The notes under the pieces were generated by a model. That model saw only the letters and a program-made list of their open reading frames with translations, had not been told where the DNA came from and did not search any database. A DNA stretch of 64,000 bases from a virus, in IMG/VR virus record IMGVR_UViG_3300015171_000001, positions 93,281-157,280 of that record; one strand, written 5' to 3'. The position numbers and the translations under genes are program-made. Each line of letters opens with the position of its first letter. The stretch's first letter is position 1. Shown here piece by piece: positions 37,964-48,630 of this stretch.

Positions 37964-39292
37964 ATGGTTTTGCGATCTATTGAAGAATTTTCAGTTTTAA
38001 CCGAAGGAAATTACTTTGTTCATATATTTTATACGAACAGCGATCATCCAAGTATATCAAATATGTCCTGCATTTGCGTTAAGAACCTCTCCACGGGGAC
38101 ATCTTATATAATATTGATCAATCATCTAGATTCTTTGGGAAAGTTGTTCCTAGTGGATATTAGGAATTTTTTTAATAATAGAAATTTTACTTTTTACGTT
38201 TTAGATAAAAAAAGTGTCATACAACAGCTTGATTTTAAGTGTGAAATTTATGATTTGAATTTATTAAGATACTTTCATTTTGGTACGGCGTATGAGCACA
38301 AGTATTCAAAATTAGAAAATGTTTATTTAAACAATGGATATTGCATTTATTCAGTAATTCCGAGTCTTTTAGTTTTATCAATATTTGAAGACATTTTTGA
38401 GAAGAATAAAAAATATTTTGTATTAAATAAATCTGAAGGGTATTTAACTGTAAACAATCTATATTTTAAGAATTTTTCTATAATTGAAAAGAATGGAATT
38501 TATGTGGACCCAGAATTATTTTTTGAATTTTTTAATAAGAAAAAATTAATTTGTGAATCATTAGTTCATACGCAATATAATTTATATTCCTCAACAGGTA
38601 GACCATCAAATAGATTTGGTGGTGTTAATTATTCAGCTTTAGAAAAGAAATCTGGTTGTCGAAAATCATTCATATCTAGATTTGGAGATGATGGAATTTT
38701 ATGTATGTTTGATTTTTCAGCATTTCACCCACGATTAATCTCAAATTTAATTAATTATAAATTTGAATATGATGATGAAATTTATAAGGATTTTGCAAAA
38801 CAATTGAATGAGGGAGAATATTCTGAAGAAAAAGTTTCTGAAGTTAAGACTTTAATTTTCGAAATTTTGTATGGGGGTATTGAAAACAAATTATCAAAGA
38901 CATTATATTTTAGAATGGTAAATGAATATATTGAATCTTTGTGGAAGTTTTTTCAAGAATATGGATATATTGAAACTACATTATTAAAAAGAAAAATAAC
39001 AAAAGATATTTTAAAGGATTGTACCCCAAATAAAGTTTTTAATTATCTTCTTCAATCCTATGAGTTTGAATTTAGTTTGGAGTTAATAGATCAAATAAAT
39101 AATATTTTAAATGATCATGAGTGTAAGTTAATCTTATACACATATGATTCTTTCTTATTTGATTTGCCTAAAAATGAGATTGGATTATTGACAAAAATAA
39201 GAGATATTTTAGAGAAAAATAAGACATTTCCAACAAAGTTGTATTTTGGTAAAAATTACAATGAAATGATTAAAATAGATAAAATAAATTGA
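37964..39292 (+). CDS. Family A DNA polymerase-like protein without a 5'-3' exonuclease domain
   Basis: STGRPSN, motif A FDFSAFHPRL, motif B KTLIFEILYGG, NYLLQS, motif C YTYDSFLFD. Confidence 0.8.
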   Translation: MVLRSIEEFSVLTEGNYFVHIFYTNSDHPSISNMSCICVKNLSTGTSYIILINHLDSLGKLFLVDIRNFFNNRNFTFYVLDKKSVIQQLDFKCEIYDLNLLRYFHFGTAYEHKYSKLENVYLNNGYCIYSVIPSLLVLSIFEDIFEKNKKYFVLNKSEGYLTVNNLYFKNFSIIEKNGIYVDPELFFEFFNKKKLICESLVHTQYNLYSSTGRPSNRFGGVNYSALEKKSGCRKSFISRFGDDGILCMFDFSAFHPRLISNLINYKFEYDDEIYKDFAKQLNEGEYSEEKVSEVKTLIFEILYGGIENKLSKTLYFRMVNEYIESLWKFFQEYGYIETTLLKRKITKDILKDCTPNKVFNYLLQSYEFEFSLELIDQINNILNDHECKLILYTYDSFLFDLPKNEIGLLTKIRDILEKNKTFPTKLYFGKNYNEMIKIDKIN

Positions 39293-39375
39293 GTCTTTTT
39301 GATTTTTTCTATATCGTTATTTATATGTATGTTTCTTATAAAAGAATTAAAATATAGAGCTACTAAATATAAAAT

Positions 39376-40194
39376 ATGAATGTTATCGACGATGTATTGA
39401 TTGAAATTTCTGCAAAAGCCAGCAATGGGTTAGTAGATTTTACAAAACCAGAAAGTTTAAGATTGTTAAGAGAGTTTCTTCAGAAAAATAAATTAGAAGA
39501 ATCTGAAATTAAATCTACTATAAATAAAATTATTAGTATACTAATCCCAGAAAGGATTGCTTATAATTCAGAAGGATATGCAGTAATTTTTGAAAATGAG
39601 GAAGATAAGATTAGTTCTCTTGGAAATGGTGATGTAACAGAAGAACCACCAAAAGATCCAACAAAATTCTCTTATAAAAATGATGATACTGTGACAAAAG
39701 ATGCTCCAAAACCAGTACCACAACAAAATCCTCCTGCACAAAAACAAAAAGCTCCACAGCCAGAGAATCAAACAGATTTGAATAAAATAGATGCCACTGT
39801 CGATCCTGAACAAAGAACTGGCAGTGAAGTAAAACAACCTGATACTACACCACAAAAAAATACAGACGGTTCTCCTAATGCACCAACAACGCCAGCAAGT
39901 TTATCTGATTGGAAACATTCTCCAGAAGAAACTAGAGCAAAAGCCGATGCGTTGGGGTGGGAACAAGATGAATTAGGATATTTTTGGTTACATGGTAAAT
40001 TACAAGCAATAACAACAAGAAAAGGTTATATTATGCCAATTTTAAATGGCGATAAAGCCACTCCCACAGATTGGCCAGAAGCAGAAGTATCCGATAATGA
40101 GAAATCATCAGAAGATGCTCCTGCACCAAAAGAGGAACCAACACCTGTTCCACAACAACCTGTAAAAGCACCAGTTGTTCCTCCAGCGAAATAA
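39376..40194 (+). CDS. Pro/Gln-rich hypothetical protein
   Basis: 272 aa ORF with low-complexity linkers and an upstream TATTTATA. Confidence 0.7.
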   Translation: MNVIDDVLIEISAKASNGLVDFTKPESLRLLREFLQKNKLEESEIKSTINKIISILIPERIAYNSEGYAVIFENEEDKISSLGNGDVTEEPPKDPTKFSYKNDDTVTKDAPKPVPQQNPPAQKQKAPQPENQTDLNKIDATVDPEQRTGSEVKQPDTTPQKNTDGSPNAPTTPASLSDWKHSPEETRAKADALGWEQDELGYFWLHGKLQAITTRKGYIMPILNGDKATPTDWPEAEVSDNEKSSEDAPAPKEEPTPVPQQPVKAPVVPPAK

Positions 40195-40197
40195 TTT

Positions 40198-40608
40198 ATG
40201 GCAAATAACCAAAGTACGCAATTGTTATGTACGTTTTCGACAAATCAAGATCAACAAGAAGATATTGATAATATTATTGAGAAGTATTTTATTCCAAATA
40301 AACAAATTTATATTTTTAAAGAAGATGTTGATAATTCAGAAGCAGTGTTTTTAACATACAATGCTGAAGTAAATAGAGATCAAAATATAGAACATTATAA
40401 AAAGACAATCGCAGTTCATAGAAAAAAGATAGGAAATACATTTTACACAATCAATGCTTTGAATGAATTGATTAAGGAAAAAAATGATGGGGTTTTAGAT
40501 AAAACTTTTAAATTAGATTGGGAAGAATATAAAGACACTTTCATTTTACTTGGTAAAGAAAGTTATAAAATTATTCCTTTCTTCTTTTTTAAAATAAAAA
40601 GATTTTGA
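40198..40608 (+). CDS. Hypothetical protein preceding SSB
   Basis: QLLCTF, LTYN, VHRKK..NTFYTINALN, W..Y motifs. Confidence 0.7.
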   Translation: MANNQSTQLLCTFSTNQDQQEDIDNIIEKYFIPNKQIYIFKEDVDNSEAVFLTYNAEVNRDQNIEHYKKTIAVHRKKIGNTFYTINALNELIKEKNDGVLDKTFKLDWEEYKDTFILLGKESYKIIPFFFFKIKRF

Positions 40609-40733
40609 TAGATAGTATTTAATATAAATTTAAATACTTGTTCTTTTATAGTACACTTTAACTTGTGAATAATTGATATTGTTTACAAGTTATCAAACAA
40701 AAATACAAAAATAATAAATAACAAATAAAATAT

Positions 40734-41525
40734 ATGGCATTAGACATGAATAAAATGAAAGAGAGATTGGCAGCATCTAAAACAAAAGGAAAGGGGTCTC
40801 CTACATGGAAACCCGTTGCTGGTAAACAAACAATTAGAATAGTTCCTAACAAGTTCTCACCAGGAGATCCAATTGTAGATTTAGATTTCCACTACGGAAT
40901 TAACAATAAAACATTTTTGTCTCCAAAATCATTTGGAAGAAAAGATCCTATTGTTGAATTTGCTGAGAAGTTAATGAAATCTGGAAATTCTGAAGAATAT
41001 AAGGAAGGAAAGAAATTGTATCCAAAAACCAGACACCATCTCCCAATCTTGCTACGTGGAAGTGAATCTGAGGGTGTTAAAATTTGGGCATTTGGAAATG
41101 ATGTATATAATCAAATAGTGTCTATTATGTCTAATGAAGAAGAGTATGGAGACATTACTAGTCTTAAAAGTGGGCATGATATAATACTGGATTTTACACC
41201 AGGAGAAGGAAGCAATTATGCAAAAACAACCATAACAGCAAGAGTGGCAAAAACTCCAGTCACTACTGATAAGGAAGTCTTATTAAAGATTGATCAACAA
41301 AAAAATATTGTTGAACTTTTTAAGGAGCCAACTTATGCAGAATTGGAAAGTGAGTTTCAAAAGCACTTGAATCCCGAAACTGAGGAAGTTCCAGAAATTC
41401 CTGTAGATGACAATGAGGAAGAATCTACTTCAGAAGTTTCTACTAAAAAGTCCGAAACACCTACTGAAAAGGAAGAATCTTCAGATGATTTGATGGACGA
41501 ATTTGAAAAGATGTTCGCAAAGTAA
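40734..41525 (+). CDS. Single-stranded DNA-binding protein (gp32-like)
   Basis: WKP..GKQTIRIVP, FHYG, YGDIT....G.D, acidic C-terminal tail DDLMDEFEKMF. Confidence 0.85.
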   Translation: MALDMNKMKERLAASKTKGKGSPTWKPVAGKQTIRIVPNKFSPGDPIVDLDFHYGINNKTFLSPKSFGRKDPIVEFAEKLMKSGNSEEYKEGKKLYPKTRHHLPILLRGSESEGVKIWAFGNDVYNQIVSIMSNEEEYGDITSLKSGHDIILDFTPGEGSNYAKTTITARVAKTPVTTDKEVLLKIDQQKNIVELFKEPTYAELESEFQKHLNPETEEVPEIPVDDNEEESTSEVSTKKSETPTEKEESSDDLMDEFEKMFAK

Positions 41526-41540
41526 ATTAAAAACATGATT

Positions 41541-41579
41541 ATACTCGCTATCAATATAAAGTTGATAGCGAGTATTTTT
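41541..41579 (+). terminator. Rho-independent terminator
   Basis: ATACTCGCTATCAA-7-TTGATAGCGAGTAT followed by a T run. Confidence 0.8.
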
Positions 41580-41593
41580 ATTTAGGAGAAAAT

Positions 41594-42763
41594 ATGGCAA
41601 AGAAAAATGATCTGACAAAAAAGGTAGAAGTAGATGATAGAGATAGAGATAAAATTACAAATGAAATAGTTTCTATATTAAATAAAGAATCTAAAGATCT
41701 AGGAGATGTTGCGTTTTTTTTAAATGATGGAGACGTTACTAAAATATCAGATTGGGTTTCTACTGGAATTGACGAATTAGATCTTAAAATTTCTAATAGA
41801 AAAAATGGCGGATTACCAGCTTCTAGAATTATTGAAATAAATGCTGCTGAAGGCGCAGGTAAGTCATTATTAGCAGCAAATTTGGTAGTTTCTACTCAGA
41901 AAAAAGGAGGAATTGCCGTTTTATTTGATACGGAAAATGCTATATGTACAGAATTTTTAAAAGCTGTTGGTGTCAAATTTGATGGAAGTTTTATTTTATT
42001 TAAAAAGTTGCATTCAGTTGAAGATGTTTTTGCCAATATAGAAAGAATGATAATGCTTTTAAATGAAAAAAATAAAGATACTTTAGTAACTATTATTGTG
42101 GATTCATTGACAGCTATAATGCCAAAAATAACATTGGTAGCAGATTATGAAGCTGAAGGATATGGAACACAGAAAGCAAAATTATTATCTATATTTTTAG
42201 CTAAGTTAAATCCTTTGGTAGAACGAAATAAGGTTTGTCTAGTATTTACCAATCAATTAAGAGAAAAGATTGGTGTCATGGGATTTGGAGACAAAACTAC
42301 GACATCTGGAGGAAAAGCTTTGGGGTATTATGCTTCTGTAAGAATAAGACTAAAGGCTATTGGAAAAATAACAGATGCAAAAACTAAAGAGGTTCTTGGA
42401 GTAAAAACCGAAGCTATTATATATAAAAATAGAATGGGTCCACCACACAGAAAAAGTACATTCATGATTTATTTTGAATCTGGAACAGATAATGTTGAAA
42501 ATTGGATTACTGTATTAAAAGATCATGGAATTTCAACAGGGGCCAAGAAACCTCATAAATATAAAACGGATGCTGGAGAAGAGATTGAATTAACAAAACA
42601 AAATGTTAAGAAAATTTTAAGAGAAAAGGGAGATCTTTATAATGAATTATACGAAAAATTTTCTAAGGCATTAATTAAAGAATATAAAGAATATGATTCT
42701 GATATTGAAGTTGTGAATATAGATAATGGTGATAATGATGATTGTGAAGTTAATTTAGAATAG
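41594..42763 (+). CDS. uvsX: RecA/UvsX recombinase
   Basis: STG...LD, GGLP..RIIE, AEGAGKS, DTENA, IVDS, FTNQLR, TSGGKALGYYASVR, KNR. AGGAG RBS upstream. Confidence 0.92.
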   Translation: MAKKNDLTKKVEVDDRDRDKITNEIVSILNKESKDLGDVAFFLNDGDVTKISDWVSTGIDELDLKISNRKNGGLPASRIIEINAAEGAGKSLLAANLVVSTQKKGGIAVLFDTENAICTEFLKAVGVKFDGSFILFKKLHSVEDVFANIERMIMLLNEKNKDTLVTIIVDSLTAIMPKITLVADYEAEGYGTQKAKLLSIFLAKLNPLVERNKVCLVFTNQLREKIGVMGFGDKTTTSGGKALGYYASVRIRLKAIGKITDAKTKEVLGVKTEAIIYKNRMGPPHRKSTFMIYFESGTDNVENWITVLKDHGISTGAKKPHKYKTDAGEEIELTKQNVKKILREKGDLYNELYEKFSKALIKEYKEYDSDIEVVNIDNGDNDDCEVNLE

Positions 42764-42777
42764 AGTATTTTTTGGTG

Positions 42778-42813
42778 AGAAGCTACTGATTGATAATTTC
42801 GGTAGCTTCTTTT
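42778..42813 (+). terminator. Rho-independent terminator
   Basis: AGAAGCTAC...GTAGCTTCT followed by TTT. Confidence 0.7.
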
Positions 42814-42867
42814 ATTTAAAATATATTGGTTTTATGTTTAAAATGTAGTAATATTTAATTACAGGTT

Positions 42868-43929
42868 ATGGATATTGAGGAGAAGAGAAAATTGTGGTCA
42901 TTATTTAAAAATGTTGAAAATAAAGAAGAGATTTTTAATAGAAAACAAAAAACAAAAAATAGTGATGTATTAATAGTTGATTTTTTAAATTGTGTGATTC
43001 GTTGTTTTGCTGCCAACCCACAATTAGACACTAATGGTGAACATGTTGGTGCTATTGTTGGAACATTAAAGAGTATTGGTTATGCTATTCGACAAATAAA
43101 TCCAACTCGTTGTATTTTAGTTTGTGATGGTTCTGGTGGATCTGCAAGAAGAAGAAAGATATTTCCTGCTTATAAAGCTAAAAGAAAAACTCGTATAAAA
43201 CTAAATAGGAGTTATATTGATACAGTTACAGTAGATTCCGAAGAAAAGAATTTATTAAATCAAGTTTATAAGTTAGTAAAATATTTTGATAATCTTCCTG
43301 TCACAGTCGCCTCTGTTGATGGTATTGAAGCTGATGACACTATCGCTTATTTATCTCAGGTTGTCTTTAGGGACAGCGAATCTGTCACAATCATGTCAAC
43401 AGACAAAGATTTTTATCAAATCGTTACAGACAAGATTAAGGTGTGGAGTCCAACAAAGAAAAGAATTTATGGACCCAATGAAATATTAAATGAATATGGA
43501 ATATCTGCCAAGAATTTTATTTATTATAGAATATTAGATGGAGATGTTTCTGACAATATTTCGGGAGTAAAAGGAGCCGGACTAGCCACAATCAAAAAAT
43601 GTTTTCCATTTCTATCAGAAGATGCACAAACAAATTTAGAAGAAATAATTAAACATGCCGTCTCAAATAAAAATAAATATAAAATCTATCAAACTTTATT
43701 AGATTCTAGTACAATAGTTGATAGAAATTATAAATTAATGCAATTGAATACATCTATCATACCAAGTTATCTAGAAATAGTTATACGAGATATTTCTGAA
43801 AAACAAATTCCAAAAATAAACAAGACGGAATTTTTAAAGTTATTAATAAATGATTCCCTACAAGACTCTATACCAAATCCTCATGTCTGGTTAGCAGAAA
43901 CATTTACAATATTGAATTCATTTGTTTGA
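42868..43929 (+). CDS. 5'-3' exonuclease / flap endonuclease (T4 RNase H-like)
   Basis: LIVD, YKAKR, EADDTIA, STDKDFYQ, GDVSDNISGVKGAG. Confidence 0.9.
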   Translation: MDIEEKRKLWSLFKNVENKEEIFNRKQKTKNSDVLIVDFLNCVIRCFAANPQLDTNGEHVGAIVGTLKSIGYAIRQINPTRCILVCDGSGGSARRRKIFPAYKAKRKTRIKLNRSYIDTVTVDSEEKNLLNQVYKLVKYFDNLPVTVASVDGIEADDTIAYLSQVVFRDSESVTIMSTDKDFYQIVTDKIKVWSPTKKRIYGPNEILNEYGISAKNFIYYRILDGDVSDNISGVKGAGLATIKKCFPFLSEDAQTNLEEIIKHAVSNKNKYKIYQTLLDSSTIVDRNYKLMQLNTSIIPSYLEIVIRDISEKQIPKINKTEFLKLLINDSLQDSIPNPHVWLAETFTILNSFV

Positions 43930-44011
43930 ATTTTAATATAAATAAAAATCCAAATTAAATTATGTACAATAGGTTACATATGTCCAACAGCAAAGAAAAA
44001 TAATAAGAAAT

Positions 44012-45334
44012 ATGCAACAAAATCCAATAGACAGTTTATCAAAGTTCGGAATATCATTTCAACAAAAATGTATTTCTAGTTTATTATCCGACAAAACATT
44101 TATTGAACAAATAATAGATATTTTAGATCCAACATATTTTGATAATGATGCACATCAATGGATTATTACGGAGATCAAAAGTTATTTTAATAATTATAAA
44201 CAATTAATTACCTTGGACGTATTTAAAGTTAGAATTGATACTTTGAGCGGGGAAGAATTAAAAAGATCTATTATTGATCAATTAAAATTAATTTATCAAA
44301 AGATTAAAGATCAAGACATCATTTATATTAAAGAACAATTTTTAAATTTCTGCAAAAATCAAAAATTAAAAACTGCAATTTGTGATTCTGTTGATTTATT
44401 GAAAATTGGCCAATATGAAAAAATTAAACAATTGGTTGATGACGCACTAAAAGCAGGAATGGAACAAAATGTTGGTCATGATTATTTGAACGATATTGAT
44501 GAAAGAATGACTAATATTATTAGACAAACAGTTTCTACTAATTGGGAAGTTATTGATGAATTAATGGATGGTGGATTAGGTTCTGGAGAATTGGGAGTTA
44601 TTGTTGCCCCTGCTGGGATTGGAAAAAGTTGGGGATTGGTTAAGTTAGGTGCGGAAGCAATGAAGTCTGGAAAGAATGTTGCTCATATTACACTTGAATT
44701 GAATGAAAATTATGTTGGCAGAAGATATGATTCTTGTTTTACTAGAATAGATTTTAAAGATATACCAAACGAAATTGGATTAGTAAAAGAGTCTTTAAAT
44801 AAAGTTACTGGAAAATTATTTATTAAAAAATATCCAATTAAATCAATTAGTGCAAATAGTATAAAAGCTTATGTTGAAAGATTGCGAATGTTAGGAACAA
44901 GAATAGATTTACTTGTGGTGGATTATGCAGATATTTTAAGGTCAATGTCTAGTGATAAAAATAGTAATTCTTATAGTGATGCCGGGAATATTTACGAAGA
45001 GTTAAGAACTGTTTTGGATGAATTGGGTATACCTGGGTGGACGGCGAGTCAAACAAATCGTTGCCTTTCTTTACAAACCATTGTGTATAAAGAAGTTACA
45101 AACGAATGTAAAATTTCGGAACTAAAAATAGGAGATAAAATATTAACAAACAATGGTTATAAAAAAGTCAGCAATATATTTCCAATAATAAAACAACCAG
45201 TTTATAGAATAAAATTAAAAAGTGGGAAATCAATAGATTGTTCTATAAACCACAAATTCCCCACAAGATATGGGAAGTTTTTAAGTATAGAACATGGATT
45301 ATCTGTTGGAGATAAATTATTTGTAAAAAAGTAG
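44012..45334 (+). CDS. dnaB: Replicative helicase (DnaB/gp41) N-terminal part fused to split-intein N-fragment
   Basis: APAGIGKS Walker A, TLEL, VVDYAD, WTASQTNR, followed by CLSLQT intein start. Confidence 0.93.
   Translation: MQQNPIDSLSKFGISFQQKCISSLLSDKTFIEQIIDILDPTYFDNDAHQWIITEIKSYFNNYKQLITLDVFKVRIDTLSGEELKRSIIDQLKLIYQKIKDQDIIYIKEQFLNFCKNQKLKTAICDSVDLLKIGQYEKIKQLVDDALKAGMEQNVGHDYLNDIDERMTNIIRQTVSTNWEVIDELMDGGLGSGELGVIVAPAGIGKSWGLVKLGAEAMKSGKNVAHITLELNENYVGRRYDSCFTRIDFKDIPNEIGLVKESLNKVTGKLFIKKYPIKSISANSIKAYVERLRMLGTRIDLLVVDYADILRSMSSDKNSNSYSDAGNIYEELRTVLDELGIPGWTASQTNRCLSLQTIVYKEVTNECKISELKIGDKILTNNGYKKVSNIFPIIKQPVYRIKLKSGKSIDCSINHKFPTRYGKFLSIEHGLSVGDKLFVKK
45062..45331 (+). mobile_element. 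Split intein N-fragment (90 aa)
   Basis: Block A CLSLQTIV, KISELKIGD, block B IDCSINHKF, ends LSVGDKLFVKK then stop. Confidence 0.9.
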
Positions 45335-45359
45335 TTTTTATCTGTTTCCATCCATATAA

Positions 45360-45806
45360 ATATGGACGGCAACATATTTCAAAACTATAGAACAATTATT
45401 AAATCAAAAACCATTTTTACCATTTAAAAATTTAGTTAATGCTCATACACTAACACAAATAGATATTCTTATTAAAAAATATACCAAATATTTTTTAATA
45501 AATTTGAGAAAAGAAATGGTGGTAAATTTAATAAAATATAATGTAGATGGAGATTGGCTTTTTAGATTGGAAGAAAGTAAAAAATATAGAAAAGATGGAT
45601 TTTCTTTGGAATCTTGTAAATTAAGATATGGAGAAATAATCGGAACAAAATTATATGAAGATAGAAGAAAATCCATAATAACAAAAAGAGAAAATTACAC
45701 AGATATTACATGGAAAGAACTGTGTAATAAAAAAATAAGTAATTTAGGATTGAATGGATATATTAATAAATATGGAAAAGAATTAGGAGAAAAAAATTAT
45801 GCGTGA
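45360..45806 (+). pseudogene. Truncated endonuclease-like ORF between the split-intein halves
   Basis: Frame is open from 45360 but ATG 45362 is out of frame. LRYGEIIG and NKYGKELGEK repeats, no nuclease domain before the stop. Confidence 0.55.
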
Positions 45807-46257
45807 ACATGGATTAAATAATAAGGATTTTATATTAGATGAAATTGAGAGTATAGAATTAATGGGAGATCAAGAAACAATAGATATTACTGTAGAAGAT
45901 ACACATATGTTTTTTGCAAATGATATATATACTCACAATTCTGGTTCTGAACAAGATATTGTTCAGGCAGGAAGTATTGCAGATTCTTATAGAAAAATTA
46001 TGACAGCAGATTTTGTATTGTCTCTTTCTAGAAAGATAAATGATAAAGAAAATAGCACTGCTAGGTTTCATGTTATCAAAAATAGATTTGGTTCGGATGG
46101 AATGACATTTCCAGCAATTATGAATACTTCTAATGGTGATATCAGATTATTTAAGTCTGATTCAGAAGAAGGAATGAATATTCAATCAAAAATGAACGAT
46201 GTAGAAAATTCAGTAAAAAAGATGTTAAAAGATAAATGGAACAGTAGAGAAGAGTGA
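45799..46257 (+). CDS. dnaB: Split-intein C-fragment (47 aa, 45799-45939) fused to the helicase C-terminal part
   Basis: DEIESIE..G..ETIDITVEDTHMFFANDIYTHN|S, then IADSYRKIMTADF and IKNRFG. Confidence 0.93.
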   Translation: MREHGLNNKDFILDEIESIELMGDQETIDITVEDTHMFFANDIYTHNSGSEQDIVQAGSIADSYRKIMTADFVLSLSRKINDKENSTARFHVIKNRFGSDGMTFPAIMNTSNGDIRLFKSDSEEGMNIQSKMNDVENSVKKMLKDKWNSREE

Positions 46258-46357
46258 GTAAGTAGTTTTGAAAAAAATAAAGGGGTTATATTGGTAGAAA
46301 TTAAAAAAATTTATATTAGAAAATATAGTTTGATTGGGACTACTTATAAGTCCATAA

Positions 46358-48625
46358 ATGAATACAATAATGAGCACAAAAGAGATTTTAGTTAAAAAAA
46401 GAAATGGTGAATTAGAACCATTAAATATTGAGAAAATCAATAAGGTTATATCATGGGCAATAGAAGGATTAGAAGATGTTTCTATTTCAGATATAGAAAT
46501 GAATGCCAAGATTAATTTTATTGATGGAATTACTACTAAAGATATACACAACATCATTATTGAGAGTGCTGTAAATCTAATTGATATTGATCATAGTGAC
46601 TATCAATATGTTGCATCAAGACTTTTAAATTATTCACTTCGTAAAGATGTTTGGGGTGGAAAAAGACCGCCCAAATTATCAGATTTAATTAAGAAAAATA
46701 TAAAAAATGGTAAATATTCTCCTGCATTATTAGAAACATATACTGAATCAGAAATTAATAAATTTGATGAAATAATTGATCATGATAGAGATTTTAAATA
46801 TACCTACGCTGGTATAAAACAAATGACAGATAAATATCTATTAAAAGATTTATCAAAAGATGTTTTCTTTGAAACGCCACAATTTGCACATATGGCAGCA
46901 GGTATGTTTGTTTTTCAAAAATATTCAAAACTAAAAAGAGTAGAATATGTTAAACGATATTATAAAATGGCATCTGATTTTAAAGTGAATTGGAGCACTC
47001 CATTATTAAGTAAGCTTAGAACACCAGATTCTGCATTAGCTAGTTGCTGCCTTTTGGAACTAAATGACACAAAAGAATCCATCGATGCTGTTAATTATGC
47101 GGTTTCTGCTGCTACTTATAATGGTTATGGAATTGGTGTTAATATGGGAAGAATGCGAGGAATTGGTTCTCCAATTAACAAAGGAAAGATGTTCCATCCA
47201 GGAGTAATTCCATTTTTAAGAATTATTGAATCGGAGGTTAAAGCATGGACGCAAATTTCGAGGGGTGGGAGTGCAACTTGCACATTTCCTCTGTGGCATT
47301 ATGAGATTGAAGATATCTTACAATTAAAAAATGCGGTATCTGGAACTGCCCAAAATAGAATTTTTAATTTAGATTATACAATTGGAATTTCGCAATTATT
47401 TTATTCTAGATTTGTAAAAAACGAGAATATAACATTGTTTTCTCCTAGTGAAGTTCCTGATTTATATGATGCATATGGCACTGATAAATTTGAAGAACTT
47501 TATAAAAAATATGAATCGGATGATTCCATAATTGGTAGAAAAGTTATTTCTGCTAAACAATTATTTGAACTTTTGATTAAAGAAAGATTTGAATCTGGAA
47601 GAATTTATATATTAAATGTAGATAATGCAAACAAACATGGTAGTTGGTGTAACTCTATCTATATGAGCAACTTATGCTTAGAAATACTTCAGGATATTGT
47701 ACCATTGAAAAGTTTATGGGATGAAACATCAGAAATTGGAACATGTCTTTTAAGTGCGATAAATTGGTTAGAAGTAAAAACCGAACACGAAATGGAGAGG
47801 GCATGTGATTTAGTAATTAGAGTATTGGATGAAGTAGCAGATTTACAATCTTATTTTCATCCAGCAGCAGAGAGATTTACTAAACAAAAAAGAAGTTTGG
47901 GAGTAGGAATAACCAATTTGGCCGGATTTCTAGCATATCATAAATTAAAATATTCAGATAAAGAAGCATTGGAATTAGTACATAATAAAATTGAACAACA
48001 ACAATATTATCTTCTGAAATCAAGTAATCAATTGGCAATAGAGAAAGGAAAGTGTGAAAAGTTTGATACATCAAAATATTCTATTGGAAAACTTCCTATT
48101 GATTGGTATAATAAAAATGTTGATACCCTTATTTCAAATAATTTAAAAATGGACTGGGAAACTATTAGAAATTCAATTAAAGAACATGGTTTGAGAAATA
48201 CGACAGTCTCTGCAATTATGCCATGCGAAAGTTCGAGTGTCTGCAATAATTCAACAAATGGAGTTGAACCAGTGCGAGCTTTGTCCGTATTTAAAGGTTC
48301 TAAAAAGGGGTTGATTTCATTTTTAGTTCCCAATGTAAAAACTCATGGAGAACATTATACATTGGCTTTTGAACAACCAGATAATATTGGATATTTAAAT
48401 ATTTGTGCAATTATTCAAAAATTTACAGATATGGGGATGTCTATTAATGTTTATTATAATCCCGCCAATTATTCAGATAAAAAAGTTCCTTATCAAATCA
48501 TGTTAAAAGAAATGTTATATCATTCAAAAATGGGTGGAAAAACAATGTATTATTCAAATACACAAGATGGAAATAAACAATTTGAATCTAAGAATAATTG
48601 TAGTTCGGGGGCATGTTCCTTATAA
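46358..48625 (+). CDS. nrdA: Ribonucleotide reductase class Ia alpha subunit
   Basis: ATP cone VKKRNG, ASCCL, SNLCLEI, MPCESSS, KTMYY, C-terminal CSSGAC. Confidence 0.95.
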   Translation: MNTIMSTKEILVKKRNGELEPLNIEKINKVISWAIEGLEDVSISDIEMNAKINFIDGITTKDIHNIIIESAVNLIDIDHSDYQYVASRLLNYSLRKDVWGGKRPPKLSDLIKKNIKNGKYSPALLETYTESEINKFDEIIDHDRDFKYTYAGIKQMTDKYLLKDLSKDVFFETPQFAHMAAGMFVFQKYSKLKRVEYVKRYYKMASDFKVNWSTPLLSKLRTPDSALASCCLLELNDTKESIDAVNYAVSAATYNGYGIGVNMGRMRGIGSPINKGKMFHPGVIPFLRIIESEVKAWTQISRGGSATCTFPLWHYEIEDILQLKNAVSGTAQNRIFNLDYTIGISQLFYSRFVKNENITLFSPSEVPDLYDAYGTDKFEELYKKYESDDSIIGRKVISAKQLFELLIKERFESGRIYILNVDNANKHGSWCNSIYMSNLCLEILQDIVPLKSLWDETSEIGTCLLSAINWLEVKTEHEMERACDLVIRVLDEVADLQSYFHPAAERFTKQKRSLGVGITNLAGFLAYHKLKYSDKEALELVHNKIEQQQYYLLKSSNQLAIEKGKCEKFDTSKYSIGKLPIDWYNKNVDTLISNNLKMDWETIRNSIKEHGLRNTTVSAIMPCESSSVCNNSTNGVEPVRALSVFKGSKKGLISFLVPNVKTHGEHYTLAFEQPDNIGYLNICAIIQKFTDMGMSINVYYNPANYSDKKVPYQIMLKEMLYHSKMGGKTMYYSNTQDGNKQFESKNNCSSGACSL

Positions 48626-48630
48626 ATATT

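Noticed and set aside
45332-45334. Stop-codon reassignment (TAG readthrough) joining the helicase halves
   Set aside because: Readthrough hits TAA about 90 nt later and IntC is in another frame. TAG and TGA end other genes (tube, recombinase, exonuclease) at expected positions.
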